Virus record (IMG/VR): IMGVR_UViG_3300005080_000001
Location: 68,519-132,518 of that record
Origin: a virus
Lineage: Duplodnaviria; Caudoviricetes
Length of the DNA stretch: 64,000 nucleotides
Strand: one strand, 5' to 3'
This document shows, piece after piece, positions 19,285 to 29,765 of this stretch. Within the stretch, counting starts at the first letter, position 1, and every line of letters begins with the position of its first letter. The notes beneath the pieces were generated by a model that saw nothing but the letters and a program-made list of their open reading frames with translations, was not told the DNA's origin and did no database searches. Made by a program: the position numbers and the translations under genes.

Positions 19285-21570
19285 TTGGGAAACATCATTA
19301 AAGGAACAGCTAAACTAAAGCGAATCTTATTTCCAAAGGGTGTATATACAACAGATGGTGGATTTACTATAGCATCATTTGAACCTATCAATGTAGATGA
19401 AGGGGAGTTGGAAGTAAACTCTAGCTACGGCACATTCACAATTAAAGGTGAACTGCCTCCACTTGATCCTAAAGCAACATATTACTTCACTATTGAAGAA
19501 GGCGATCGCCATCCAACATTCGGAGTAAGTTATGAAAATATCTTCATGCGACAAGATGTTAATCTTGATACAAATGATAAAGAATCAGTTAAGAACTTCT
19601 TGCGAATCATCATGACAGAAAAGCAAGTAAAGGCTCTATATGAAGCTTTCGATAACCCAATGGAGATTATTGAATCCAGAGACATCGAGAAGCTTACAGA
19701 AGCAAAGGGTATTGGATATAGAACAGCAGAACGTATCATTAATCACTATGAGTCTCAAAAGGATTATACGTTTGCCTATATGGAACTAGGAGAATATGAA
19801 TTGTCTCCAAAGACGATCAGAAAGATTGTTACTTTCTACGGCAGTCCAGAACTAGCTGTACAAAAGATAAAAGAGAATCCATACGAACTAATGAAGATTG
19901 ATGGCTACGGATTTAAGAAGTGCGATGAAATCTTCTTTAAAACTGGTGGAACTCCAAATGCTCCTATCCGCATTCTTTCATTCCTTGTACATACATTACA
20001 AGAAGAAGCAGGTAAAGGTCATACATGGTCTTCTCCAAATGACATTCTGAATGCTACATTTGAGAAGATTCCTACTGCAGACAAGACTGAAGTAGGTAAA
20101 ATGCTGATTAGTAATCCAGATATATTCTTCTTAAACGAAGATAAGAGCAGAATCTCTCTTAAATCATTTGTGCTACTTGAGGGTCTAGTTTCTACTCAAC
20201 TACATCGTATTCTTAACACTGAAAACACATTTGAATATGAAGGTTGGGAAGAGGATGTCCTAAAGACAGAGGAACACCAAGGTTGGAGTTTTACTGACCA
20301 ACAAAAAGATGGTATGAGTATGATGCTCGACAATAACATATCTATTCTTCAAGGTTATGGCGGTACTGGTAAAACAACTACTCTTAAAGCAGTTCTTGAT
20401 GTATTAGAAGAAAAAGGTTATCTGTATGCACAGTGCGCACTTTCTGGGAAGGCATCAAACAATTTAACATTGGTAACTGGTAAAGATGGCAGTACAATTC
20501 ACCGCTTACTAGGCTTCAATCCATTAGAAGGCAAGTTTATGTATGATCAAAATAACCCGTTGCCCTACGACATTGTCATTGTCGATGAGATTTCAATGGT
20601 AGATGCACGTTTATTTGCTCACTTATTACTTGCTATACGTACTGGTGCAAAGTTAATCATGTTAGGAGATAGTCAACAGTTAGAATCAATTGGTATTCCA
20701 GTTATGATTCCTATGATTACTTCTGGATTAATTCCTACATTAACATTAACTCAGATTCATAGACAGGCTCAAAAGTCTGCTGTGGTAACAGACTCTATTG
20801 CAATTCGTAAAGGTCTACAGGTAGTTAAGGAATCAAAGGGTCGTGTAATCCATGGGGAACTGCAGGACTTGGAGTATGAATTGGTAGAGAATGATGAAGA
20901 AATCTTTGTCCATGTTCTGAGAGAATTTTATAAGTATATGAAGAATGAGGACATTAAAGACATTCAAATTCTTACACAGGTTCGTACTAAAGGCGCTAAC
21001 TCATGTCTAGCAATTAACCGTGCATGTCAGAAGATTTACAATCCTCATGGAGAAGGACAGAAGCAAGTAGAGATTGGTAATAAGGAAAAGGGTACTGATT
21101 ACTTCCTTCGTGAAAGAGATAAAGTTATCAATATCCGAAACAACTATGACTCTGTTGATGAGTATGGAAGAATATGTCCTGTATTCAATGGCAACGTAGG
21201 TATTTTAGAGTCATTTGGCAGTGACGATGATGGCAAATACATGCTGATTGATTTTGAGGGAATTGGTAAAGTTAAGATTTATGAGGACAACTACAATTCT
21301 ATTGAATTAGCATATTGTATCACCGTGCATAAGAGCCAAGGTTCATCAAGCAAGATCATTATCATTGCATTCCCATATCACTATTTACTTAATAGCCGTC
21401 AGCTTATTTACACAGCAATTACTCGTACCAGAGAGCATTGTGTTGTTGTAGCGAGCAAGAAAACGCTTGTACAGGCTATTAACAAGGATGATGTATCCAA
21501 TAAGCGTACTTATTTAGCAGATTACTTAAAAGAACTTGAGGAATCAAGCGTTGCCTCTAATTCAAAATGA
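19285..21570 (+). CDS. recD2: RecD2-like SF1B helicase
   Basis: HhH region, GYGGTGKT, VDEISMVD, LGDSQQL, HRQA, ITVHKSQGS, YTAITR. Confidence 0.92.
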   Translation: MGNIIKGTAKLKRILFPKGVYTTDGGFTIASFEPINVDEGELEVNSSYGTFTIKGELPPLDPKATYYFTIEEGDRHPTFGVSYENIFMRQDVNLDTNDKESVKNFLRIIMTEKQVKALYEAFDNPMEIIESRDIEKLTEAKGIGYRTAERIINHYESQKDYTFAYMELGEYELSPKTIRKIVTFYGSPELAVQKIKENPYELMKIDGYGFKKCDEIFFKTGGTPNAPIRILSFLVHTLQEEAGKGHTWSSPNDILNATFEKIPTADKTEVGKMLISNPDIFFLNEDKSRISLKSFVLLEGLVSTQLHRILNTENTFEYEGWEEDVLKTEEHQGWSFTDQQKDGMSMMLDNNISILQGYGGTGKTTTLKAVLDVLEEKGYLYAQCALSGKASNNLTLVTGKDGSTIHRLLGFNPLEGKFMYDQNNPLPYDIVIVDEISMVDARLFAHLLLAIRTGAKLIMLGDSQQLESIGIPVMIPMITSGLIPTLTLTQIHRQAQKSAVVTDSIAIRKGLQVVKESKGRVIHGELQDLEYELVENDEEIFVHVLREFYKYMKNEDIKDIQILTQVRTKGANSCLAINRACQKIYNPHGEGQKQVEIGNKEKGTDYFLRERDKVINIRNNYDSVDEYGRICPVFNGNVGILESFGSDDDGKYMLIDFEGIGKVKIYEDNYNSIELAYCITVHKSQGSSSKIIIIAFPYHYLLNSRQLIYTAITRTREHCVVVASKKTLVQAINKDDVSNKRTYLADYLKELEESSVASNSK

Positions 21571-21574
21571 TTTA

Positions 21575-21668
21575 AAACAAAAGTATTGCAACTAAAATTA
21601 AAAGGTGGTATAATTGATTTTGTGAGGCACTAAATTTATTTATACCACTTAAAACAAAAGTATTGCAA
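21575..21668 (+). promoter_or_regulatory. Paired repeat motif and promoter of nrdI-nrdE
   Basis: TTGCAA-17-TATAAT; inverted repeat GTGGTATAA/TTATACCAC; second motif at 21652. Confidence 0.8.
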
Positions 21669-21681
21669 AGAAGGCGAGAAA

Positions 21682-22056
21682 ATGATTATTGCATACGCAT
21701 CATTGACAGGGAAAGTAAAGAACTTCACGGAACGGCTACATAAGCAGTTCCCAGACAGTGAAATCATCCATGTCAGAAAAGACACTAAGATAAACGAACC
21801 TTTTGTTCTAATCACTTACACATTTGGCTCTGGAGATATTCCAGTAGAAGTCAAGTCATTCCTAGCTAATAACAGTGATCATATCATTGCTGTAGCAGGA
21901 AGTGGAGAACGGAATTGGGGCGCACATCGATTTTGTAAAGCCTCGATTGATATATCAAAGCAATTCAATGTACCACTGCTTCATACGTTTGAAAAGATGG
22001 GCTTTGATTCTGATGTAGATATCGTGGCAAATAAGCTTAGAGAATTGAAAGGATGA
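21682..22056 (+). CDS. nrdI: Class Ib RNR flavodoxin NrdI
   Basis: YASLTGKV, LITYTFGSG, AGSGERNWG. Confidence 0.93.
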   Translation: MIIAYASLTGKVKNFTERLHKQFPDSEIIHVRKDTKINEPFVLITYTFGSGDIPVEVKSFLANNSDHIIAVAGSGERNWGAHRFCKASIDISKQFNVPLLHTFEKMGFDSDVDIVANKLRELKG

Positions 22057-22060
22057 TATA

Positions 22061-24154
22061 ATGTCACGTTGGATAGAACTAAATAATGAAGTAAAAATTA
22101 AAGATGAGAATGGTCAATTCCAGTTTCATAAAGATAAAGAGGCTGTTAAATCATACTTTGTCGATCATATAAACCAGAACATGCAATTCTTCCATGACTT
22201 AGAAGAGAAGATTGATTACATGTTCAAGCATGATTACTACGACAAAGAAACGTTTAACAAGTACAAATTCCGTCAAGTTAAGGAATTATTTAAGATGATT
22301 TACGCTGAGAAATTCCGCTTCAAATCATTTATGTCTGCATTTAAATTCTATAATAACTATGCTTTAAAAACGAATGATGGGAAACGTTATCTAGAACGAT
22401 ATGAAGATCGATTAGCTGTTAACGCATTGTTCTTAGCAGATGGAAATTATGAACTAGCTAAACGTATTGCTAGACAACTAATTAAGCAGAACTATCAACC
22501 TGCAACTCCAACATTCTTGAATGCAGGTCGTGCTAGAGCAGGGCGATTAGTATCTTGTTTCTTACTAGAAATGCCAGATAGTACAGAAGGAATTATGTAT
22601 GTAAATGAAGCAATAGCACAATTAAGCCGTTTTGGTGGCGGTGTAGCTGTCAATCTATCAAAACTGCGTGGAGCAGGGGAATCGATTAAAGGGATCGAAG
22701 GAGCATCAACATCAATTGTTGGAATTGCGAAGATTATCGAAAACATCCTTTCTAAATTTAATCAGCTTGGACAACGAGAAGGTGCAGGGGCTGTATACAT
22801 TAATGCATTCCACTCTGACTCAAAAGCAATGTTGGCAACGAAGAAAATCAATGCCGATGAAAAAGAGCGTCTTAAGACACTATCTCTTGGATTAATTATC
22901 CCTAGCAAACTATATGAACTAGCTGAATTAGGCGAGAACTGGTTCTCATTCTACCCTTACTCAGTATACAAAGAATATGGCGTTTACTTAGACGACATGG
23001 ACATGAGCCAATGGTATGAAACTCTATTAAACAACCCTAATGTACGTAAGAAATCAATGGGTAGCGCTCGTGAATTCTTAGAAGAAATCGGTCGTACTCA
23101 AATTGAGTCTGGTTATCCATATATCATGAACCGTGACGTAGCAAACAAAGTTCATATTTTACAAGACGTGGGCAACGTAAAAATGTCGAATTTATGTGTG
23201 GAAATCATTCAAATTCAGCTTCCATCAGATGTTCAATCATACAAAGGTGTAGATACGTTTGGATACGATATCAGCTGTAACCTTGGATCATTAAACATTG
23301 CAGGAGTAATGAACAGTAAAGAGTTTGAAGAGGCTGTAACAGTAGCAGTAGATGCTCTTACAACAGTTACATTAAAAACTGAAATCTCAGAAGTTCCTAC
23401 TGTAAAGAACGGTAATGATGCTTTCCATTCTATAGGCCTTGGCGCAATGAACCTTCATGGATACCTTGCAAGCAAAAAGATCTCTTATGAAAGCAAAGAA
23501 GCACTAGACTTCGCTAATACATTCTTTATGATGATGCGATACTATGCATTAAAACGTAGTAATGAAATTGCTATGGAGCATGGAGCATTCAAGTTCTTCG
23601 AGAAATCAGAGTATGCAAAAGGTACAGCTTTACTTAAATATATTGAGAAAAGCTACGCCCCTAAACGACCAAAGGTACAAAAGCTATTTGAAGGTATTTA
23701 TGTACCTACACAAGAAGACTGGGCTAAATTAAATGAATCTATCATGAAACATGGTATTTTCTCAGCTTACTTGATGGCTATCGCTCCTACAGGAAGCATT
23801 TCATACGTATTAAACAGTACACCATCAGTTATGCCCATCACAGAAAAAATAGAAACGAGAACGTACGGAGATTCAACAACGCATTATCCAATGCCTATGA
23901 TGGATGCTTCAAACTTCTTCTACTTCAAAGAAGCGTACGATATGGACATGTTCAAATTAATAGACTTAATGTCTGTTATTCAAGAGCATGTGGATCAGTC
24001 GATTTCAACAACGTTATTCGTTGATGGCGACAGTATTACTGACGGTGACTTAGCACGTTATTACATCTACGCTCATAAGCGTAAACTTAAGACATTGTAT
24101 TACACAAGAACACGATTAACATCTCAAGATGAGTGTTTATCTTGCACAGTTTAA
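22061..24154 (+). CDS. nrdE: Class Ib ribonucleotide reductase alpha subunit
   Basis: QPATPTFLNAG, LVSCFLL, SNLCVEI, APTGSIS, C-terminal ECLSC; uninterrupted. Confidence 0.97.
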   Translation: MSRWIELNNEVKIKDENGQFQFHKDKEAVKSYFVDHINQNMQFFHDLEEKIDYMFKHDYYDKETFNKYKFRQVKELFKMIYAEKFRFKSFMSAFKFYNNYALKTNDGKRYLERYEDRLAVNALFLADGNYELAKRIARQLIKQNYQPATPTFLNAGRARAGRLVSCFLLEMPDSTEGIMYVNEAIAQLSRFGGGVAVNLSKLRGAGESIKGIEGASTSIVGIAKIIENILSKFNQLGQREGAGAVYINAFHSDSKAMLATKKINADEKERLKTLSLGLIIPSKLYELAELGENWFSFYPYSVYKEYGVYLDDMDMSQWYETLLNNPNVRKKSMGSAREFLEEIGRTQIESGYPYIMNRDVANKVHILQDVGNVKMSNLCVEIIQIQLPSDVQSYKGVDTFGYDISCNLGSLNIAGVMNSKEFEEAVTVAVDALTTVTLKTEISEVPTVKNGNDAFHSIGLGAMNLHGYLASKKISYESKEALDFANTFFMMMRYYALKRSNEIAMEHGAFKFFEKSEYAKGTALLKYIEKSYAPKRPKVQKLFEGIYVPTQEDWAKLNESIMKHGIFSAYLMAIAPTGSISYVLNSTPSVMPITEKIETRTYGDSTTHYPMPMMDASNFFYFKEAYDMDMFKLIDLMSVIQEHVDQSISTTLFVDGDSITDGDLARYYIYAHKRKLKTLYYTRTRLTSQDECLSCTV

Positions 24155-24158
24155 TTTA

Positions 24159-24248
24159 AAACAAAAGTATTGCAAAAATAATCAAGCTATGCTATTATTA
24201 AGGGGTCGATAATTTTATATTATCACCTCTTAAACAAAAGTATTGCAT
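24159..24248 (+). promoter_or_regulatory. Paired repeat motif, promoter and leader hairpin
   Basis: TTGCAA-17-TATTAT; hairpin 24198-24233; second motif at 24232. Confidence 0.75.
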
Positions 24249-24264
24249 ATCGGAGGAATAAACA

Positions 24265-24723
24265 TTGAAAATAAACAAAAGAGGTCAATCATTTGACATT
24301 ATAAACAGATTCCAATTACAGGACGAAGACGGTAAGGTAGTACCATATTGCCGAGTTAAATTCTATCAAACAGGTCATGAAGCTGTATTTAAAAACTCAG
24401 TTATTGAGTCACTAAACTTCGAAGATCCTTCTTTAAAATATGAAAATGCTCCAGTAGTCGAGGTAGTTGAACCAACTCCAGAACCAGAACCAGAGCAAGA
24501 ATCTAAAACAGTTCTTGTTATGCCAGTTGTTGAAGAAGTGGCAGAAGAAGTCGTTGAAGATAAAAAGCCTGTAATCATGGCTCACTCTCCAAAAGGTGAA
24601 GACATTGAAGTAACAGACCTTGAAGAGTTCGTAGCTGAACATGACTTAGACATGGAAGCTGTTGAGAGTGTTCTTGAAGGGAAGCAAAAGACTCACAAAA
24701 AATGGGGGTTCACTAGAGCATGA
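24265..24723 (+). CDS. Acidic protein with homing-endonuclease-like DNA-binding modules and no nuclease domain
   Basis: N-terminal VKFYQTG...EDP; PEPEPE linker; C-terminal SPKGE..VTDLEEF..H.L....VLEGKQKTHKKW. Confidence 0.6.
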   Translation: MKINKRGQSFDIINRFQLQDEDGKVVPYCRVKFYQTGHEAVFKNSVIESLNFEDPSLKYENAPVVEVVEPTPEPEPEQESKTVLVMPVVEEVAEEVVEDKKPVIMAHSPKGEDIEVTDLEEFVAEHDLDMEAVESVLEGKQKTHKKWGFTRA

Positions 24724-25763
24724 CAAAAACAAAACCTACATTGAAAGAATTAAGTGACAACATTAACAGCCGTATCAAGGGTGTCTCGGTTCACAAGGCT
24801 GTTAACTGGAATCGACAAGTAGACGGCTTTACATTAGCTTTCTGGGATCAAAACATCAAACAAATGTGGGTTGATACAGAATTCGTACCTAGTAAAGACC
24901 GCAGTGTATGGGAGCGATTAGATCCAAAGGTACAAGAGGCTTATAAGAAAGTACTTGGTGGATTAACTCTATTAGATACGAAACAGGGTACGATTGGAAT
25001 GCCTAAGATTGCTGAACAAGTAGAGGAATTACAGCGTAAAGCGGTTCTATCATTCATGGGAATGATGGAGAATATCCACGCAAAATCTTATTCTACGATC
25101 TTCACAACCTTGTTAACTGAGGTTGAGATTGATGAAGTTTTTGATTGGGTAGAGCAAAACCAGTATTTACAATTCAAAGCAGATCAAGTTACTTATTACT
25201 ATGAAAATATTAAAGATGATAAGACTCTATATCTTGCTATGATGGCATCTGTTTTCCTAGAGTCATTCTTATTCTACAGTGGCTTCTTCTTACCTCTATA
25301 CCTAGCAGGTCAAGGCAAAATGGTTGCAAGCGGAGAGATTATTAAGAAGATTATCATCGATGAATCCATTCATGGTGTATACGTTGGATTACTTGCACAA
25401 GAACTATATGCAAAATTAACTCCAGAAGAGCAGGAAGAAGTAGATTACGAAACTGCTAGTCTAATGGACGAACTAATGGAGAATGAGTTCAAATACACAG
25501 AAGAGGTTTACTCTGAGATTGAACTAGATCATGATGTTAAGAGTTTCCTATATTACAATGCTAATAAAGCACTTATGAACCTTGGCAAAGAGCCTAGATT
25601 CGAAGAAAAACGTATCAACCCAATCGTAGAGAACGGACTAAGCACTGAAACTGCTACACATGATTTCTTCTCTACTAAAGGATCAAGCTATCAAAAGGCT
25701 AAACATCGTAGCTTAGTAGATGAGGACTTTGTATTCCCTAACATTGAAGAGCCATTAGTATAA
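24720..25763 (+). CDS. nrdF: Class Ib ribonucleotide reductase beta subunit
   Basis: AVNWN, GLTLLDT, ENIHAKSYS, LESFLFYSGF, DESIHG, HDFFS. Confidence 0.97.
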   Translation: MTKTKPTLKELSDNINSRIKGVSVHKAVNWNRQVDGFTLAFWDQNIKQMWVDTEFVPSKDRSVWERLDPKVQEAYKKVLGGLTLLDTKQGTIGMPKIAEQVEELQRKAVLSFMGMMENIHAKSYSTIFTTLLTEVEIDEVFDWVEQNQYLQFKADQVTYYYENIKDDKTLYLAMMASVFLESFLFYSGFFLPLYLAGQGKMVASGEIIKKIIIDESIHGVYVGLLAQELYAKLTPEEQEEVDYETASLMDELMENEFKYTEEVYSEIELDHDVKSFLYYNANKALMNLGKEPRFEEKRINPIVENGLSTETATHDFFSTKGSSYQKAKHRSLVDEDFVFPNIEEPLV

Positions 25764-25811
25764 ACCAAAAGTATTGCAATAAACTATAAAACGAAAAGAG
25801 GATTTCTTACT

Positions 25812-26138
25812 ATGCACACTCCTATGAAACTAATTAAATTCGAACAAACAAACTGTACTCCATGCAAAATGCTAGGAAACTACTTACACAACGAACTTGG
25901 TGTAGAAGTAGATGAAGTAGTAAACATCTCAGAAGGAACAATTACTGATATGAAAACTGGAACTCTTGTTAATTCAGATGATCCAGACCAAGCTATGGAA
26001 TTAGCAGGTGAGTTCGGAATCATGAAGACTCCGACAATGGTATTAGTAGATGCAGACACTGGAGAAGAATTAGATCGTTTCTCTGGCGTAGGTCAAACTG
26101 GCGTTAATGCAATCTTAACAAAACGTGGTCTTATCTAA
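25812..26138 (+). CDS. Thioredoxin-like RNR reductant
   Basis: CTPC redox motif, cis-Pro TPT, directly after nrdF. Confidence 0.85.
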   Translation: MHTPMKLIKFEQTNCTPCKMLGNYLHNELGVEVDEVVNISEGTITDMKTGTLVNSDDPDQAMELAGEFGIMKTPTMVLVDADTGEELDRFSGVGQTGVNAILTKRGLI

Positions 26139-26196
26139 ATAAAAGGGGAGAGTTAATCTCCCCAATTACATACAAAAAAACTAGGAGACAATACGA

Positions 26197-26595
26197 ATGA
26201 ATACTGACAAAACAATTTTAAATGATGCTAAAAAGAGAACACCGACTCAAAGAGACCGTTTATTAAGCATATTACGCAAAGCAGGAAGCAATGGCGTGTT
26301 AAATATAGATTTGGTTGGCGTTTGTATTGGATACCGTTCTAGAATAGCCGAGTTGTATCAAATGGGTTATAAAATTGATGTTGAAAATGTAGATAGAGGC
26401 GTATGTATTTATACGCTAAGAGAAGAGCCAGAAGTACCAATCACCAATGTACCAACGGCAATATCTGTTCTTACAAAAGAGATCAGTGAGAAATATAAAG
26501 GTGCAATCACTCCAGAGGCACTAGTTGAATTGCTTCAAGACATGAATTTTAACGTTGTACGAAAAAGTGGCTCTCATAAAACAGCGACAGCGTAA
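26197..26595 (+). CDS. Winged-helix DNA-binding protein
   Basis: TQRDRLLSIL...YRSRIAELYQMGYKI. Confidence 0.6.
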   Translation: MNTDKTILNDAKKRTPTQRDRLLSILRKAGSNGVLNIDLVGVCIGYRSRIAELYQMGYKIDVENVDRGVCIYTLREEPEVPITNVPTAISVLTKEISEKYKGAITPEALVELLQDMNFNVVRKSGSHKTATA

Positions 26596-26663
26596 TAATA
26601 AATGAATTAAATCACTAACACAAATAAAGCAAATGTATTGCAAATAATAGGAGGCAATTAATA

Positions 26664-27740
26664 ATGACACAATCAATTTTAAACGAAGAGACAAAGGTAA
26701 AAGTATTCTCACATAATGACTTAGATGGTATCGGATGTGGTATCGTAGCAAAACTAGCATTTCCAGATGCACATGTAACATACTGCGGTTATAATAACAT
26801 TGACGAAAAGGTAAAAGAGTTTATCGAAACAGAAGCATACAAATCTTATGATCAAATATTTATCACTGACATCTCAGTAAACAAAGAAGTAGAAGAGTTA
26901 ATCAATGCCACAATTGCTGTCGACCCTTATACAAGCATTAAGCTTTTAGACCATCATGCAACGGCTACGCACTTAAATGAAAACTTCTGGGCATTAGTTG
27001 CTCCACGAGGCATTCATGGCAAAAATAGTGGAACGAACATGTTGTACGAATTCTTAGTAACTAATGGATTCCTTAAAGGTTATATTTACAGCGATCCTTT
27101 AGAAATATTCGTTGAAAAGATTCGTAGATACGATTCTTGGGAGTGGAAAGAAGATTATGACGATACAGAGGCATCTTCACTTAATGATCTGCTATGGCTT
27201 CTAGGGCATAAGAATTTCGAGAAAACCTACTTAAAGAGACTTCGTTACCTTAAACATGGTATTGTAAGCTGTGGTTCTTGGATTGGAATGTTTAGCGATG
27301 CTGACAAAGCAGTATTAGACGTTGATCGTGATAAGAAAGCAAATTATATCGATCGCAAAGAAAAGCAAATGATTATTGGTCGATTAGTTGGCAAGAACGT
27401 TGGATATGTATTCGCAGAGCAGTACATCAGTGAACTAGGTAATGCATTATCTGAACGACATGAAGAACTTGATTTCATTGTAATCATCGACATGGGTAGT
27501 AAAAAGGTGTCTTACCGAACTGTAAAAGACAACATTGACCTTGGCAAAGATGTTGCTAGTCACTTCGGAGGCGGTGGACATTCAAAAGCTTCTGGTAGTC
27601 AGCTAGATGTTGATGCAGTTAAGATGACAATCCCAATGCTATTCGGTAGCAAAAAGCTTGTTAAACAGCTTGTACAGCTTATTACACGTAAAGGTTTCAT
27701 TGGCAAGATTGGAAAACTTGTTGACAGATTTACTAAATAA
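26664..27740 (+). CDS. DHH/DHHA1 phosphoesterase (NrnB-like)
   Basis: SHNDLDG, ITD, LLDHH, SYR, GGGGHSKASG. Confidence 0.88.
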   Translation: MTQSILNEETKVKVFSHNDLDGIGCGIVAKLAFPDAHVTYCGYNNIDEKVKEFIETEAYKSYDQIFITDISVNKEVEELINATIAVDPYTSIKLLDHHATATHLNENFWALVAPRGIHGKNSGTNMLYEFLVTNGFLKGYIYSDPLEIFVEKIRRYDSWEWKEDYDDTEASSLNDLLWLLGHKNFEKTYLKRLRYLKHGIVSCGSWIGMFSDADKAVLDVDRDKKANYIDRKEKQMIIGRLVGKNVGYVFAEQYISELGNALSERHEELDFIVIIDMGSKKVSYRTVKDNIDLGKDVASHFGGGGHSKASGSQLDVDAVKMTIPMLFGSKKLVKQLVQLITRKGFIGKIGKLVDRFTK

Positions 27741-27801
27741 GAGTATAATTTAAGGTGAGGTAGGAATCATCCTTACTTCACCTTAAACAAATGTATTGCA
27801 A
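27721..27801 (+). promoter_or_regulatory. Consensus sigmaA promoter, leader hairpin and repeat motif variant
   Basis: TTGACA-17-TATAAT; stem 27749-27787; AAACAAATGTATTGCAA at 27785. Confidence 0.8.
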
Positions 27802-27845
27802 ATGCAAGAGAGTGAGGTGGGAGCAAATACGAAAGGAGAACGATT

Positions 27846-28010
27846 ATGAAAATCGTCAAAAACTGGACAACAGTAGAATTAATAGAGTTCTTAAACACTT
27901 ATAGAACTGCTAAACAAGAGGATAAAGAAAGACATAAAGTATTGCTGAAAGCGGTTCATACCGAATTAACAATTAGACAACCATTGATTGGGATGGCATA
28001 TACAGTATGA
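27846..28010 (+). CDS. Small hypothetical protein (54 aa)
   Basis: AAAGGAG RBS; ATGA overlap with next gene. Confidence 0.6.
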   Translation: MKIVKNWTTVELIEFLNTYRTAKQEDKERHKVLLKAVHTELTIRQPLIGMAYTV

Positions 28011-28369
28011 AGAGACTAATTCAGAATCTAATTCAAAAGCTATTTAAAAAGAAGAAACAAAATAAGAAGATACATGTAATCGTCTTCACTGAAACTCGTG
28101 ATATGGAACGATACTTCAAATTATTCATATATCTGCTTGGAGACAAAGTAGAACATTCCCGTATGTCTATGCATAGACAAGAGATTGTAGCAAGCGACAT
28201 GATAGTGAAATTCCTAAGACCAAATGATAATTCAAGAGGTCATAGAGCGCATTACGTATTTAATTTAACTCAAAATAAAGAGTTTGACATGCTTGTAGCA
28301 AAGCCGATTGAAAGACCTTGGCTTATGGATGATTTTAGGGGCGATCCTAAATTCTCAAAACTATTTTAA
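28007..28369 (+). CDS. Hypothetical protein
   Basis: ORF track. Confidence 0.65.
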   Translation: MKRLIQNLIQKLFKKKKQNKKIHVIVFTETRDMERYFKLFIYLLGDKVEHSRMSMHRQEIVASDMIVKFLRPNDNSRGHRAHYVFNLTQNKEFDMLVAKPIERPWLMDDFRGDPKFSKLF

Positions 28370-28404
28370 AACAAAAGTATTGCAATAACAGGAGGAATTA
28401 CATT

Positions 28405-28716
28405 ATGAAATTAAATTTAGAACTGAAACAAGTTGAACGCACAATTAATAAAGGTGATGTCTTGGTCTTCAAGAAGGATACTAATCAGAAAATTTGTTAC
28501 TACCTTGTTGTTGAAGACATGTTGAATAGGAAGCAATTTGCTCTGGTAAATTTAGCAACGAATAATATTATGGGTATCTTTTCGGATCATTTATACCAAT
28601 TAGTCGACAAAGTTAAAGATAACTTTGAAAATCTTGAATTTGTCGAAGTGATTACTGCAGAAGACTTAGAATTGAAACGTAAATACGTGATTAACAGTGT
28701 GACTAGCAATGACTAA
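28405..28716 (+). CDS. Hypothetical protein
   Basis: AGGAGG RBS. Confidence 0.7.
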   Translation: MKLNLELKQVERTINKGDVLVFKKDTNQKICYYLVVEDMLNRKQFALVNLATNNIMGIFSDHLYQLVDKVKDNFENLEFVEVITAEDLELKRKYVINSVTSND

Positions 28717-28918
28717 CAAAGAAGTCTTTCTCTACTTTTTAGAGCAGTGTTGGTATAGCTTAATGATTTATTGGTTCATAGTGTTCCTTGAATGGTACAC
28801 ACATCAAGGATTGAAATTGTGGATGCCTTCATGCTTCTTATATCTGCTACTGGTGTCATTATTAAATACAGTACTGCAGATGAGAGTTGAAGATAAGAAA
28901 CGAAAACATAGAAACTAA
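28709..28918 (+). CDS. Small two-TM membrane protein
   Basis: Two hydrophobic segments and basic tail. Confidence 0.6.
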   Translation: MTNKEVFLYFLEQCWYSLMIYWFIVFLEWYTHQGLKLWMPSCFLYLLLVSLLNTVLQMRVEDKKRKHRN

Positions 28919-28956
28919 TAAAAGACGGATATTATTAATTATATTAGGAGGCAATT

Positions 28957-29439
28957 ATGGCTAAATATCAAAAAAATGACAAAATCAAATTTGCAAAGGA
29001 TACAAGTGTTCCATTAAGTCCATTTCATTCAATGACTATTCGTAAAGGTAAAGAGTTTGAGGTTATCGGTGTATCAGCTGTTGATTACAAAATCATGAAC
29101 ACTAACAGTTCTACTATGATACTACCTCGTTCTATCGTTGAAGAATCAACTATTTCAATTCGCCCTGCAGAAGTTAGCAACAAGCGATACTCAAAGGTCA
29201 TCGAAACTGGTTTAACTTATGGCAAAGCTGTAGACAAGGCGATCCATGAAGGTAAGAAAGCTACTCGTGCGATTTGGGATGGATACTGGTGTATGCAAAC
29301 TATTGTAGGATTACAAAACGAAGATCTTCCTCAGTGGAATGGTGAATTTCTAGTAGCAGTATTAAAGAATGGTGGATATGCAATTGCAACTCCATATCAA
29401 GAAGATATGCATGCTACTGACTGGATGATAGTAGAATAG
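28957..29439 (+). CDS. DUF2829 / Tad2-like domain fused to an N-terminal domain
   Basis: LTYGKAV...EGKKATRAIW...TPYQEDMHATDWMIVE. Confidence 0.75.
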   Translation: MAKYQKNDKIKFAKDTSVPLSPFHSMTIRKGKEFEVIGVSAVDYKIMNTNSSTMILPRSIVEESTISIRPAEVSNKRYSKVIETGLTYGKAVDKAIHEGKKATRAIWDGYWCMQTIVGLQNEDLPQWNGEFLVAVLKNGGYAIATPYQEDMHATDWMIVE

Positions 29440-29449
29440 GGAGGCAGTT

Positions 29450-29683
29450 ATGAAGATAGCGATCACTCAAATCAAGCAACTAATTCAGTATCATCAAAAC
29501 GAACGAGACAAACAATTGGCTTTCTATGATACAAAAGAATATAAGTCACAGATGCATCCAGAAGCAGATACTGAGTTTATCAAAAAGCACACGGCTTTCA
29601 TCTACAATGAACTAATTGATGAACTAAACAAGGCTATATCTATCCTTGAACAACATGGAGAATTAAATGAAGAAACGATCTAA
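29450..29683 (+). CDS. Hypothetical protein
   Basis: GGGAGG RBS. Confidence 0.65.
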   Translation: MKIAITQIKQLIQYHQNERDKQLAFYDTKEYKSQMHPEADTEFIKKHTAFIYNELIDELNKAISILEQHGELNEETI

Positions 29684-29765
29684 GCGAATACCTTATGGAC
29701 TATTTGAATTCATTTGCGACTTACTTGTCGTCATAGTAGAAATCATAGTGTGGTGGTGAGAAACA

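Noticed and set aside
22061-25763. Introns or inteins in nrdE/nrdF as in SPbeta
   Set aside because: Both ORFs are continuous and of normal length.
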